Part shown: piece by piece, positions 28,571 through 38,877 of the stretch
Layout: each line of letters opens with the position of its first letter
How positions within the stretch are numbered: the first letter of the stretch is position 1
NCBI GenBank assembly: GCA_964403585.1
Contig: CAYOFQ010000001.1
Coordinates: forward strand, 1,024,826 to 1,088,825
Reading direction: 5' to 3'
DNA: 64,000 nt
Source: an uncultured Gammaproteobacteria bacterium
Lineage (GTDB): Bacteria > Patescibacteriota > Microgenomatia > JALYQM01
Translations under genes and position numbers: made by a program
Notes under the pieces: generated by a model
Databases searched by the model: none
What the model saw: the letters and a program-made list of their open reading frames with translations, nothing else
What the model was told of the DNA's origin: nothing

Positions 28571-30189
28571 TGTGGTAACTCCTCACCGGACAGTCGAATG
28601 CCGCTATTGGTTCGTTCATATACGTACGAAAACTGACCTTTATAACGGAGCGTGTAATTGTATCTAAAATCATCATTCTCTTTTTCTACCAGTTCTTTAT
28701 ACACAATGTCACCTTTATGCATAATAATCCATTGCGCATGCTTGGTAGGCTGCTTAAGTGACTCAGTCCAGTATTTTCCGGCACCTTCATGAATAAATTG
28801 TTTCATAGGTAATCCTGATCTGAAAATTAACGCGTCATTACTGGAGGCAGCGACAAGAATCAGTCCGGTATTGGCATGCGTATGAATCCAGTCACCTACA
28901 TCGTTTAAGAAGTTACCACTGGCTCCCTGTACGCCATCCTTAATAGTAATAATATCGTTCTGGGCATACACATAACCGGTCTGCAAAAGAACCGTTACAA
29001 TAAGTAAAACACTCGCAATCGTGCGACGGTCCACCAGCAAACCAAGTGCTAACGCCGCTGCCGGTAACATCATCAATCCATACCGGACATTGAACCAGGT
29101 GTATGGATATAGTTCGGGCAAATGCAGCACCGAATGTCCCTGGAACAAAGCTAATACGTTAAATCCGAACGGGACAAACAATGTTAAAACGGCCAGTTTT
29201 ACTTCCAGCGAATACCGCCGGGAGATGAGGAAAAATACCGTAGCAATACAGGATAAGATAAAAATGATCGTTCCCATATTATGCTCAACAGCTAAAGTAT
29301 AGACATATAATGATTGGGGAAGATTACCTTTGGTCATCAATCGCCCTTCTGCTTCCAGCACATCCTGCTGCGCTTTAGCGGAAAATTGGCTATTCGAGAA
29401 GAAGAAGAAATCTCCAAAAATTGCCTTATTCCACAAGAACCACAGGAATACGCCAAAACCGGCCAGTGTCGCAAACAGAACCGACAATCCGATCGCCCGC
29501 TCCTTTCCATAGTTTTTGGCAATAATCAGGAAGATTGCCATAGCTGTATAGGCAAGCAAAAACCATCCATCATATCGGGTTAACGTCGACAACATGACAA
29601 AGAAACCTGCCAATATCAGGTCAAGCAGCTTCTCTGTTTGCTGCCAGCGCAATAAGTAATAGGTTGCACCAATCGACATCGCCAACAACAATGCCTCGGT
29701 CATCGGTGTGGTTTGCATAAATAACAGGTTAGGGTTAAAGAGGTATACAGTAACCGCACCCAAAGACGACCACCTCTTCATTCCCAACAGGTTACAGAGT
29801 TTTAGAAGGTAAATTGCTCCTACAACATAGGAAACCATTGAAATAAGTGACCCGGACAAGCCGGTACGATACATAAAATCGTTCCAGATAGTTGGAACTT
29901 CCAGCAAATGGAAAAGCGGTAACCAGACAGAACCGATTTGGCTTAAACCCGGATTAAGGTTGTCCACAACGCGACGTCCAATGTTTAAGTGCGAACGGGC
30001 ATCATTATATGCCAAATGGAGATCCTGCGTGTAATAGTAATACCACACCCCAATACTGATAAATGAGGCCAGAAAAATAAAGAACCAGATCAGTTTGCGC
30101 GAAAGCACAAACTGCGGTTTCAGAATTTGTTTCTTGGCCGCATAACTAAATGATAAGAATAAATGCGAAGCATCTAACTTTAACTTCAT
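28567..30189 (-). CDS. GT-C fold membrane glycosyltransferase (ArnT/PMT-like, GT39/83-like), copy A
   Basis: 540 aa, at least 11 TM helices; first extracytoplasmic loop carries YNDARSHLNIGRRV, resembling the DE-x-x-Y(A) motif of polyprenol-phosphate-sugar-dependent GT-C enzymes. Confidence 0.5.
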   Translation of the reverse strand: MKLKLDASHLFLSFSYAAKKQILKPQFVLSRKLIWFFIFLASFISIGVWYYYYTQDLHLAYNDARSHLNIGRRVVDNLNPGLSQIGSVWLPLFHLLEVPTIWNDFMYRTGLSGSLISMVSYVVGAIYLLKLCNLLGMKRWSSLGAVTVYLFNPNLLFMQTTPMTEALLLAMSIGATYYLLRWQQTEKLLDLILAGFFVMLSTLTRYDGWFLLAYTAMAIFLIIAKNYGKERAIGLSVLFATLAGFGVFLWFLWNKAIFGDFFFFSNSQFSAKAQQDVLEAEGRLMTKGNLPQSLYVYTLAVEHNMGTIIFILSCIATVFFLISRRYSLEVKLAVLTLFVPFGFNVLALFQGHSVLHLPELYPYTWFNVRYGLMMLPAAALALGLLVDRRTIASVLLIVTVLLQTGYVYAQNDIITIKDGVQGASGNFLNDVGDWIHTHANTGLILVAASSNDALIFRSGLPMKQFIHEGAGKYWTESLKQPTKHAQWIIMHKGDIVYKELVEKENDDFRYNYTLRYKGQFSYVYERTNSGIRLSGEELPQ

Positions 30190-31727
30190 ACACTCCCCCT
30201 AGTCTGTGCTTTCACTGTTCGAGGGAATATAAAAAGCACTACAAAAAAGACTACCATTACTAACGTAAATAACAGTACAAAATATGACATAAGACTAGTA
30301 TGCGTGAAGAACGTGTTGTATACAACACTCCCTCCTTTATTCTGTTGTAAGAATTCAATATTACGCATAAAGGTATAGGAAAGATTTAACTGATGACCTT
30401 CCACTTCCGGGGGAACCGCGTTAGTAGTTATTGCGCCTAACACCGCAAACGCTACTGACGGGAATAACAGAACGAAGGTCACAATTCTGCGTACTAAATT
30501 ACGTGCTGCAAGACTAATCCAGTAACCGACAAATAAGGAAAATACCGCCATCGCCGGTATCAGATACCGTGGTCCATACGCCCAGCCACCCCACGGATCG
30601 CCCCACATTGAATAAAGCAGAACTGTGACACCTACTGTGCCTATTAAAACTTTTGTCTCCAGTGAATACTTTTTCCATACGGCATAAATAGCCGGGAAGA
30701 TCAGTACAAATAACGGCATATACCGGAACATACCGCGATCCGGAGCAATAAATAAGGTATAAAGTCCAAATGAAATATAACTCAAATGGAAAAATCCAAC
30801 CGGATTCTTATCTTTGGCAGCTTCTTTCAATGCATCATCAAGATTTGGAGCATTTTCTAATCCATTCTCAACAATATATTTATGTCCAACCAATCCACCA
30901 CTGACTTTTAACGGCCCACCAAAATGAACTGCATTATAATAAGCATGCCAACCGGTAATCAGCGCAAATATCACCGCAGTGAAAAGCAGTGATAAACGAA
31001 TATCAACATCCACGGTTTGATTGACAACTTTCAATTTCACAGCCGAGACTAACATATAAACCATTACCGGCAACAACAGGAAGGCATTTGGATAATCAAC
31101 TAATATCGCCAATGCATAGTTAGTCCAGACAATAACAGCCCAAATCCAGGACCGGGGCGTTCCCTGCCGGTAGCGCCAGACACAGTAAAATGACAATAAA
31201 ATAAAGAAAACCGTAAAATGGTGCTGGTATAACGTGATGGCATAGCTCCACGAAGTCGTCGCAAATCCGAAAGCTAACCCGGAAAATATAGCTGCCCAAA
31301 TCGGCATTTTAAAGATTTGCCGTGCAATTACATACAACAGACAAATGTTTAATACCGCAATCAATGCCACAAACGAATAGGTACCTACCTGAGCTAAACC
31401 GAGTGGTTTAAATAACCAGTAGAACGGTAAGGCGTACATTGAAACACCGGGAGCAAAGTAAATATAATACTTACCGTTGTAGTAGCCGTCATCAGGGTAA
31501 GCAGCGTCAGCAAGCTCTTTTGACAAAGCAAAAGACTTATTTTCAGCCAGTGAAAGCACCAGGAGATACCGGCCACGTTCGGGTGAGAGTTCAAACGGTT
31601 GTGTTGCACCGTCCAGATTGTTTCTAATCTCACTTCCGCGCGGATTACCCACAAGACCGCGAACTGTTGCAGCGTATAAAAATACCGCGACCACTATCAA
31701 AAACAATAATGCAAATTTATTTTTCAT
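30186..31727 (-). CDS. GT-C fold membrane glycosyltransferase (ArnT/PMT-like), copy B
   Basis: 513 aa polytopic membrane protein; first loop carries YPDDGYY; 4-nt overlap with copy A. Confidence 0.45.
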   Translation of the reverse strand: MKNKFALLFLIVVAVFLYAATVRGLVGNPRGSEIRNNLDGATQPFELSPERGRYLLVLSLAENKSFALSKELADAAYPDDGYYNGKYYIYFAPGVSMYALPFYWLFKPLGLAQVGTYSFVALIAVLNICLLYVIARQIFKMPIWAAIFSGLAFGFATTSWSYAITLYQHHFTVFFILLSFYCVWRYRQGTPRSWIWAVIVWTNYALAILVDYPNAFLLLPVMVYMLVSAVKLKVVNQTVDVDIRLSLLFTAVIFALITGWHAYYNAVHFGGPLKVSGGLVGHKYIVENGLENAPNLDDALKEAAKDKNPVGFFHLSYISFGLYTLFIAPDRGMFRYMPLFVLIFPAIYAVWKKYSLETKVLIGTVGVTVLLYSMWGDPWGGWAYGPRYLIPAMAVFSLFVGYWISLAARNLVRRIVTFVLLFPSVAFAVLGAITTNAVPPEVEGHQLNLSYTFMRNIEFLQQNKGGSVVYNTFFTHTSLMSYFVLLFTLVMVVFFVVLFIFPRTVKAQTRGSV

Positions 31728-31729
31728 AC

Positions 31730-33718
31730 TTACGCCACCACCATTCGTGCATAATCAGAAGCAACATCGCTCCATGATCGGGTTAGAACGCCTTTTCTAC
31801 TTCGTTCTGTAATACTTTGTAATTCAAGTGAATCTCGACTTTTAATTATGCTATTAATTCGTTTGGCTAATGTTTTATAATCATTAGGGTCAACACAATA
31901 TCCGCTTATCCCATCCCGAACTAATTCAGGCAATCCGGTCACATTACTGACAACACACACCAACCCCTGGCTTAACCCCTCATGAACCGCATTGCAATAA
32001 CTTTCCCAAAGTGACATATGTACCATTAATTGAGCATGTTTTAACAAATAATATTTATCAATCCCGGTAATAACTCCAACAAAATACACCCGCTGCGACA
32101 GATTCTCTTTTTCAATGAGCGCAGTTAAATACTCTTTATACTTCTGGTCGTGAACAGGCCCCACTATAATATAGTTAACATCCTCCGGAAGGAATTTTAA
32201 AGCATGTATCATCGTCTCATAATTTTTAACCGGCTCAATTCTCCCCATCTGAATAACATATTTTCCATACTGTGCAACCTGACGCCGAATCGTATTGCTG
32301 GCCTCCTTCTCCACATCCAAATAAGCCTCTGCCTCAGTGCCATTGGTAATCACATGAATGAGTGAAGTTCGAACACCTTTTCGTACCATCTCCTCCTTTT
32401 CCCAATGTGAAACCACTCGGACTGCGTCTACCGTAAAATTAATCAGATGAACTCCCATCCCATAATAAAAGACTGCAATCAGCAGGCGCTTCCACCACGA
32501 GAAGTGTTTACTGTATAAAACAAATCCACCATGAGGTACTAAAATAACTTTGAAATGTTTGGTACGCACTACTTTCAAAACCAGTGCATAAAAAAGAATC
32601 AGGTAGAACGGAAGGATATTGAAATTATGGAGCGCCAGAATATCAATTTTCTTCCACTGAATACGTGGCCAAAATCCCCACCAGCGGAAGGCATACCGTT
32701 TTACCCATAATCTTCGATACCGTTCAAACGATGAATAGACATTCTTTTCTGTCAAACTGTCCTGCGAAGTATGCACTTCCACACTCCATCCTTTTTGTGC
32801 AAGTACACTATATGTTTCAGCAATATTTACTTCGGTACCCGCGCTGATCGGCCAAAAATACCGGACCACAACAGCAACTCTCTTTTGATCATCAGCAGGT
32901 TTCACTTCTCTTGGTTTCATGGCTTTTTTAACCAGCGAGCGAATAAAGATAATCGCGTCAGATATCGTTGCCACAAACTCAATAAAGGTATGCGAACCGT
33001 CAACACCAACCCGCGGTACTATCCGAATATCGGTTGCAGTAGAAATGTACGAATCATCCATCGAGAGCCCCATCCGATACCCAACAGAATCGTATGCTGT
33101 AAGTACCTCAGGAGTGTAATTACCCAGGGGATAAGCAATGTACGGCACTGAAAAGCCTAAATCTACTTCCAGTTTCTGTTTGGACTCAATAACTTCCCGC
33201 ATAATACCTTCAGTATCAAGTTGAGCTAAATCACTATGCGTCATGGTATGACACCCAATACCCCATCCCGCAGCCTTAAGTGCATGAATTTGATCATTCG
33301 TTAAAAACTCTCGGTCACTTTCCATCACACCTTTATTGGCATTTTCCGGATCGGCCAACACAAATACGGTTGGCTGAATTCCGACCGAGCTAAAGTAGTC
33401 TTTGGTCTGAAATATATCGGCATACCCGTCATCAAACGTTACAACAAATGAAGGCTCATCTATCGCTACTTCGCCACGAATATATTTTTCTACCGTTTCA
33501 AGAGACACTGGACGGTAATGCTTTAACATATATGCCATCTGCTTTTTAAGGTTATTCATTGATACCGTAAAGCGCCACGAATCGTCACCAATGCTGTGAT
33601 AGCACAGGATTACAATCTTATTTTTACGTAACGGCAGAAAATGAGTGCAATACAGAACTCCGTATACACAACGGCGAATCAGAACAAATATGGTGTCAAG
33701 CAATTTATTCTTAAACAT
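31730..33718 (-). CDS. Fusion: polysaccharide deacetylase (NodB/CE4) domain plus C-terminal GT1 (GT4-like) domain
   Basis: N-terminal half HSIGDDSW...DDGYADI...; C-terminal half with the GT-B EX7E region (WESYCNAVHEGLSQGLVCVVSNVTGLPELV). ATG at 33718 overlaps the upstream stop (TAATG); the ORF-track start 33790 is less likely. Confidence 0.65.
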   Translation of the reverse strand: MFKNKLLDTIFVLIRRCVYGVLYCTHFLPLRKNKIVILCYHSIGDDSWRFTVSMNNLKKQMAYMLKHYRPVSLETVEKYIRGEVAIDEPSFVVTFDDGYADIFQTKDYFSSVGIQPTVFVLADPENANKGVMESDREFLTNDQIHALKAAGWGIGCHTMTHSDLAQLDTEGIMREVIESKQKLEVDLGFSVPYIAYPLGNYTPEVLTAYDSVGYRMGLSMDDSYISTATDIRIVPRVGVDGSHTFIEFVATISDAIIFIRSLVKKAMKPREVKPADDQKRVAVVVRYFWPISAGTEVNIAETYSVLAQKGWSVEVHTSQDSLTEKNVYSSFERYRRLWVKRYAFRWWGFWPRIQWKKIDILALHNFNILPFYLILFYALVLKVVRTKHFKVILVPHGGFVLYSKHFSWWKRLLIAVFYYGMGVHLINFTVDAVRVVSHWEKEEMVRKGVRTSLIHVITNGTEAEAYLDVEKEASNTIRRQVAQYGKYVIQMGRIEPVKNYETMIHALKFLPEDVNYIIVGPVHDQKYKEYLTALIEKENLSQRVYFVGVITGIDKYYLLKHAQLMVHMSLWESYCNAVHEGLSQGLVCVVSNVTGLPELVRDGISGYCVDPNDYKTLAKRINSIIKSRDSLELQSITERSRKGVLTRSWSDVASDYARMVVA

Positions 33719-34647
33719 TACTTTAATCCCTTCGAAGAATTCACCATGTCCCACGTAACCTTTGGCTTCGGAGCACGCAGCGCTACCCATTTAGTTTGGA
33801 CATTTAATAACGCATAAACAAAAGCATAGAATGGTGAAGTCGCGATCGATTTCAAAATACCGAAGATATACAGATAAAACGGTATCGCATACTCTTTCCG
33901 GACAAAGTCTTTGCCAAACAGCATTTCCAGTTCGGCAATCGACTTCATAAAACGCACACTCTGTTTTTGGTGATCAACCGTAGTATCCGGCAACTTAACA
34001 AAATACTGGGCTTGAGGTACAAACGCAAACCGCATACCCCGTGTTATACAATAGAAGTACGAATAGGCATCCTCTGCAACTACCTGCTCAAAATGCAGAA
34101 CCGAATATGCTTTCCTGTTAAAAGCGCGGGCAGGACCATAACAGGTATAAACATTTATTCCGTTATTGAAGTGCTCATAGATATAACTCTTGATGTCCAT
34201 ACTTACCTGGAGCGCGCGTTCAATAATACCTTTTCCAACCATTGGCATAATTTTCCCTGACACAAAATTTGCCGAATCGGTAAGTAATGGCTGGATCAAG
34301 TCATTGATAAAAAGCGAGTAATAGAAAAGGATATCCGCGTCCAATAAAATAAAGATATCTGAGCTGCAATGCTCAATCATCTGATTTTGTCTTGCAGCCT
34401 TGCCTTTCCGGTCGGAATTATCAAGCAAAAGTATCCGCGGATCAACGAACTCACGCACAATAGCACAAGTCGCATCACTGCTGCCATCAGAGCAAACAAT
34501 TATCTTTTCAAGGGTATAATCCTGCTCGCGCTGTTTTAAAAGTTCAGTCAAAAGTGCACCAATATTGGCGGCTTCATTATATGCGGGTATTCCAATGGTA
34601 ACGGTTGGTTTAGTTGTCATAAATTTACTCCTTAGTGGAACCAACAC
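33718..34647 (-). CDS. Glycosyltransferase family 2
   Basis: TIGIPAYNEAANIGALL...CSDGSSDAT...LLDADILF (DXD region). Alternative start at 34620. Confidence 0.8.
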   Translation of the reverse strand: MLVPLRSKFMTTKPTVTIGIPAYNEAANIGALLTELLKQREQDYTLEKIIVCSDGSSDATCAIVREFVDPRILLLDNSDRKGKAARQNQMIEHCSSDIFILLDADILFYYSLFINDLIQPLLTDSANFVSGKIMPMVGKGIIERALQVSMDIKSYIYEHFNNGINVYTCYGPARAFNRKAYSVLHFEQVVAEDAYSYFYCITRGMRFAFVPQAQYFVKLPDTTVDHQKQSVRFMKSIAELEMLFGKDFVRKEYAIPFYLYIFGILKSIATSPFYAFVYALLNVQTKWVALRAPKPKVTWDMVNSSKGLK

Positions 34648-35536
34648 TGGTCCATCGCCCTCCAGTAATATTTTTTTCTAAATGTTTTTCGGCAACAATT
34701 CGTGAGTAAAGTTGTAATAATACAGCAAACGGCATATGCAAAGGATCATGAACAAAGCCTTTAATCAATGCTATGATTTTGTTACGTCGCGGCACTGCAT
34801 AATAGGCATCAATCCACTGACCAAACCGCACATCCAGACTCTGCTTAAAACCCATAAAACGCGCCGATTGTCTGAGATAATCCGAAAAAGTTGCCGGTGC
34901 ACGATAATATACCGGCGCAGTCTTACAGAATTTAAAGCTGAAACCAAGCTCTATCGCCCGGAGGTATAAATATTCATCATCCGAAACCATCGTTGTATCA
35001 AAGTCCACCTTGCGGCAAAATGGTCCGCTTAAAGCGCTCACACACCCGTGATGATTGTGCACGCTGTCGCCGTTATTCAACGCTTCACGAGTGAAATACC
35101 ACAGATCAATGCCTGCCACAATTACCCGCTCCATAAATGTACGGCCTCGTTTTGGCAAATCATACCCGCCTACCAAGCCGACTTCCGGAGAGTCAAAACA
35201 AAGCACCAACTGATCCAGTACCGTGTCGGAACCTAACTCCACATCACCGTCAAACGATACAAAAACATCACTGGTATTGTTGGCATAAAAATGTGCCAAT
35301 CGACCTGCCTTACCACGTCGCATACCGTCATCAATTAAACGTACCTGCGGATGATTCTGCGCAAAGTCCCGGACCAGAGCAGCGGTGTTGTCAGTACATC
35401 CGTCACACGCAACAATCACATTTTCTAACAGGTAGTGCTCCGACTTTTGGCTGACAATTTGCCCGAGAATTCTCAAAATCGTTGCCGATTCATTGTGCGC
35501 AGGTATTCCAATGGTAAGTGTGTTTTTGTTTGACAT
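34625..35536 (-). CDS. Glycosyltransferase family 2
   Basis: LTIGIPAHNESATI...ACDGCTDNT...FDGDVEL. Confidence 0.8.
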   Translation of the reverse strand: MSNKNTLTIGIPAHNESATILRILGQIVSQKSEHYLLENVIVACDGCTDNTAALVRDFAQNHPQVRLIDDGMRRGKAGRLAHFYANNTSDVFVSFDGDVELGSDTVLDQLVLCFDSPEVGLVGGYDLPKRGRTFMERVIVAGIDLWYFTREALNNGDSVHNHHGCVSALSGPFCRKVDFDTTMVSDDEYLYLRAIELGFSFKFCKTAPVYYRAPATFSDYLRQSARFMGFKQSLDVRFGQWIDAYYAVPRRNKIIALIKGFVHDPLHMPFAVLLQLYSRIVAEKHLEKNITGGRWTSVGSTKE

Positions 35537-35537
35537 A

Positions 35538-36467
35538 TTATTTCAATCCCGTAAAAGCTGCACGCCATAAAAAGATAAACAATCTCAAAAACTCATCCTC
35601 AACATACATAAAGTTCTTCTTCATCATTGTCACCAATTCGGTATACGTAGGCTCAAGACCCAAACTGGTGATATCATAGAGTGGATACGTCAAAGCCATC
35701 CGTTCAAAGTCAACCACATAAAAACAATCATCGGTTACTATCACATTGTCCGGGCCGATATCCCGATGCGCCAATGTCAGTGCCGGGGTAAATGAACGGA
35801 AAAACGCCCGCACGCATTGAAATGCACAACGAATAATCATCGGAAATGCACGGATGTTATGGATTACAGCCAAAAGCACCACAATCGGAAGACTCACCAG
35901 ATAGGAAAATCCTCCTCGCTGCGCAAACAATCTCCGCTGATGATCTTCCAGCTCACAGGAAATAGTTTCGAATGCTTCCAGCACTCTCCCTAAAATTCGG
36001 ACCTGAAACTCTGCCGGAAATTCCTGAAGATTTTTTCCTTCAATATACTCAAAAATTACTGAAAACGAATGTTTTCCGGTATGCCATCCAACCACCCGGG
36101 GAGTAGAAATTCCGGAAAGCTTTCGCGCATTCTCAAGTAAACCGTGAATGGTTTCGTTTACTAGTAATTCATTGAGCAAATTATAATAGTTGGAATCTTT
36201 AACCATCCCCTGCCATGTTTTAATAAAGTAGGTATGGGTTCCATCAGTATAAATGCCGATCTCGAAATTACGGTCTGTTCGATCAGCTTTGTGCAACTCT
36301 TTAACCAGCCTGTAGTTTCCAATTTGGGATATAATCGGTTGCTTGGTATGAAACTTCTTATTCCACAACAGGCACAGCCCACAAAAAAGAGTGCGAATAA
36401 AGTGCGGTTGGCGGAAATGCGTATGATTATTCATTGCTGAAAAGCACCTCCATCGCCTTTTTTGCAC
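35538..36467 (-). CDS. Protein-kinase-like fold phosphotransferase (APH/ChoK/Kdo-kinase-like); candidate sugar or lipid kinase
   Basis: Lys motif YFIKTW; catalytic loop HRDIGPDNVIV; metal-binding VVDFERMA. Confidence 0.55.
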   Translation of the reverse strand: MQKRRWRCFSAMNNHTHFRQPHFIRTLFCGLCLLWNKKFHTKQPIISQIGNYRLVKELHKADRTDRNFEIGIYTDGTHTYFIKTWQGMVKDSNYYNLLNELLVNETIHGLLENARKLSGISTPRVVGWHTGKHSFSVIFEYIEGKNLQEFPAEFQVRILGRVLEAFETISCELEDHQRRLFAQRGGFSYLVSLPIVVLLAVIHNIRAFPMIIRCAFQCVRAFFRSFTPALTLAHRDIGPDNVIVTDDCFYVVDFERMALTYPLYDITSLGLEPTYTELVTMMKKNFMYVEDEFLRLFIFLWRAAFTGLK

Positions 36468-38877
36468 TTACTTCCCAGTCAAACTCTTTTGCCCATTGCA
36501 GTGATGCCTGAGACATCGCTGCCAATTGTTCTTTATTGGTAAGCAGCTCACTGATCCTGCCTGCAAATTCATCGACATCTCCATATTCAACCAGATAACC
36601 GGTATGAGGATTTTTAACCGAATCAATCAAACCATGCACGCGTGATGCAACTACCGGAGTAGCACACGCATTAGCTTCAATCGTCGTTATTCCCCACCCT
36701 TCCATATATGAAGGGTTTACAAACACCCAGGCACGTCGATACAAATCAATTTTCATTTCCTCAGTAACTTTGCCTAGGAATTCAACCTTATCGGCAATCC
36801 CCAGCTTATCAGCTAACTTCATTAATCGAGTTCGTTCTTCTCCGTCACCGGCTATAATAAACCGGGCCTCAGGAACAACAGCCAAAATCTTTTCCGCAGC
36901 CTTAATCAAAACATCAACACTCTTATATTTCTTCAAGCGACCAAGGTATAAAACAGTTGGCACCGGATCTTTGTGTCCCGGTGTGAAACTTTGTAAATCA
37001 ACACCGTTATAAACAACCGCAACATCTTTAGACGTCAGTTTTTCTGCCAATATCTCTTTTTGGGAAGAAGGCGACACCGTGATAATTTTTACGGCATCAT
37101 AAACATACGGCATTACTCTGGTCTCCAAAAACATCGCCAAATTGGAGAGCGGTGGACGTAAACTCTTGCGGAATACATCCCGGTGAACATGATGAATAAG
37201 TAAAAACTGTTTCTCCTTAGTGTACAGCGGAGTAAAAAATGGTACGCCGTTCTCACAATCAACAATGACATCGTATCGTTTACGGAAACGAATCAGGTAA
37301 TAAAGAAATGCCCATACGTACACCATATAGAATCCACCACGCCGGACAATTTCTACACCATCGATAAATTCATAACGTGGGCTCATTCCATCGTTACCGC
37401 AGAAAACAGTAACACTATTTCCCTGGGCAACCCAGCGACGTGCCAACTCATGAACATAAACTTCCGCTCCCCCCGCCTGCTTGTGGCGGATATCTCTCCA
37501 GTTAAAAACCAGAATCCTTTTTCCATCAGTCGACGGAGCTGCCTGATTCTCTAAAGGAATAAACAGGTCAATAAGGTCGATCAAATTACGGAAAATGTAT
37601 TTACCATGATCAAACATTACATGCATGGCGGCAATCACGAAGAAACTGATAAAACCGCTCAAAAGAACCATCTCGGCAATATCTTCCGGATCATTATGGT
37701 GAAAACTCACCGCCACGGTCAGACAGATTGCCGCACCCATTGAGACCAGCGGAAATATATATTCATGCCGAACCAGACGATAACTCACAATAATATACGA
37801 CAAGGTAAAGAAAAGTATTCCCAATGAATATAACGTTAAGAACGGCACTATTGCCTGACTTTTCTCCCCAAGCAAAAATGGTACAAACAAATGCCCCAAC
37901 GGACCTAAAAAGGTAAACGCGAAAAAGGAGAAAACAGCACAACCGGCAAATAATTTGTAGAAGGTAGTGGCTGTCGACCGTTTGGCTCCCAGATCACGAC
38001 TGATAAACGTAATCATGAATGTGTTGAATAACGAACCAAAGAAGAAGACCATTTTTCCGACCAGCGAAAGTACCGCGTACTGACCGGCAGCGACCGGACT
38101 CAGATAGTGTTTAGCCAATAACACATCCACACTCAAGAAGGCGGTCGTGGATAAACCACTCAATAATGATGCAAGGTAAAACGAAAACGGGAATGAATAC
38201 GGCTCGACTGTTTCCTCTGCATCTGTTTTTGGAGCATATCGGGTGGCAAACCATACGGTAAAAACAAACGTTACCAGGAAAGAAACCGGAACAGAAAGAT
38301 ACGCCCATTCAGGCAAACCAACCACAACTAACACAAAAGCAGTTAATAATTTACTGGCCGTCTCAATAAAAGTTACCCAGGCAACGGCACCGAAGTGAAG
38401 ATTTGCCTGAAGAAATCCCTTACCGGCTGCACTAAAGACACTGAACATGATCACTGGCGTAAAGAGAATGACCGAAAGACTTTCCTTAACATGGAAAAAT
38501 GAGGCGATATATGCATTACTGAAAAACCACACTACCGATAAGGCCAAGGCCAGTAAAAATGCCCGGAATCGTGTCGTTCGATAAAAGGCCATGCTACTCG
38601 CCGTACCGGAATGTGTTGTGAGATATGAAACACGGTGATTTACTACTGCCCCCAAACCTGAAATTAATATCGAAAGGATATAGCCAAGAGTGCTAACAAA
38701 TGTGACCAGACCATAATCTTCGAAGGTCAGCACGCGGCCAAGATAGGCATTGTAAACAAAGTTCAGAAAATTACAGGCCATTAAGACAAAAACCAACATT
38801 CCGCCACCAGATGCAATTTTTGTCTGTACGTTTTTCATAATCTTACTGGGCCGGCACGCCAACAAGTCCTTCTTCAA
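36427..38877 (-). CDS. Fusion: Wzx-like polysaccharide flippase/MOP transporter (N-terminal, about 14 TM helices) plus C-terminal GT1 (GT4-like)
   Basis: 816 aa. The first 450 aa are polytopic and flippase-like. The C-terminal 360 aa carry GT-B motifs (RLKKYKSVDVLI, FVNPSYMEGWGITTIEANACATPVVAS). Confidence 0.65.
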   Translation of the reverse strand: MKKDLLACRPSKIMKNVQTKIASGGGMLVFVLMACNFLNFVYNAYLGRVLTFEDYGLVTFVSTLGYILSILISGLGAVVNHRVSYLTTHSGTASSMAFYRTTRFRAFLLALALSVVWFFSNAYIASFFHVKESLSVILFTPVIMFSVFSAAGKGFLQANLHFGAVAWVTFIETASKLLTAFVLVVVGLPEWAYLSVPVSFLVTFVFTVWFATRYAPKTDAEETVEPYSFPFSFYLASLLSGLSTTAFLSVDVLLAKHYLSPVAAGQYAVLSLVGKMVFFFGSLFNTFMITFISRDLGAKRSTATTFYKLFAGCAVFSFFAFTFLGPLGHLFVPFLLGEKSQAIVPFLTLYSLGILFFTLSYIIVSYRLVRHEYIFPLVSMGAAICLTVAVSFHHNDPEDIAEMVLLSGFISFFVIAAMHVMFDHGKYIFRNLIDLIDLFIPLENQAAPSTDGKRILVFNWRDIRHKQAGGAEVYVHELARRWVAQGNSVTVFCGNDGMSPRYEFIDGVEIVRRGGFYMVYVWAFLYYLIRFRKRYDVIVDCENGVPFFTPLYTKEKQFLLIHHVHRDVFRKSLRPPLSNLAMFLETRVMPYVYDAVKIITVSPSSQKEILAEKLTSKDVAVVYNGVDLQSFTPGHKDPVPTVLYLGRLKKYKSVDVLIKAAEKILAVVPEARFIIAGDGEERTRLMKLADKLGIADKVEFLGKVTEEMKIDLYRRAWVFVNPSYMEGWGITTIEANACATPVVASRVHGLIDSVKNPHTGYLVEYGDVDEFAGRISELLTNKEQLAAMSQASLQWAKEFDWEVSAKKAMEVLFSNE

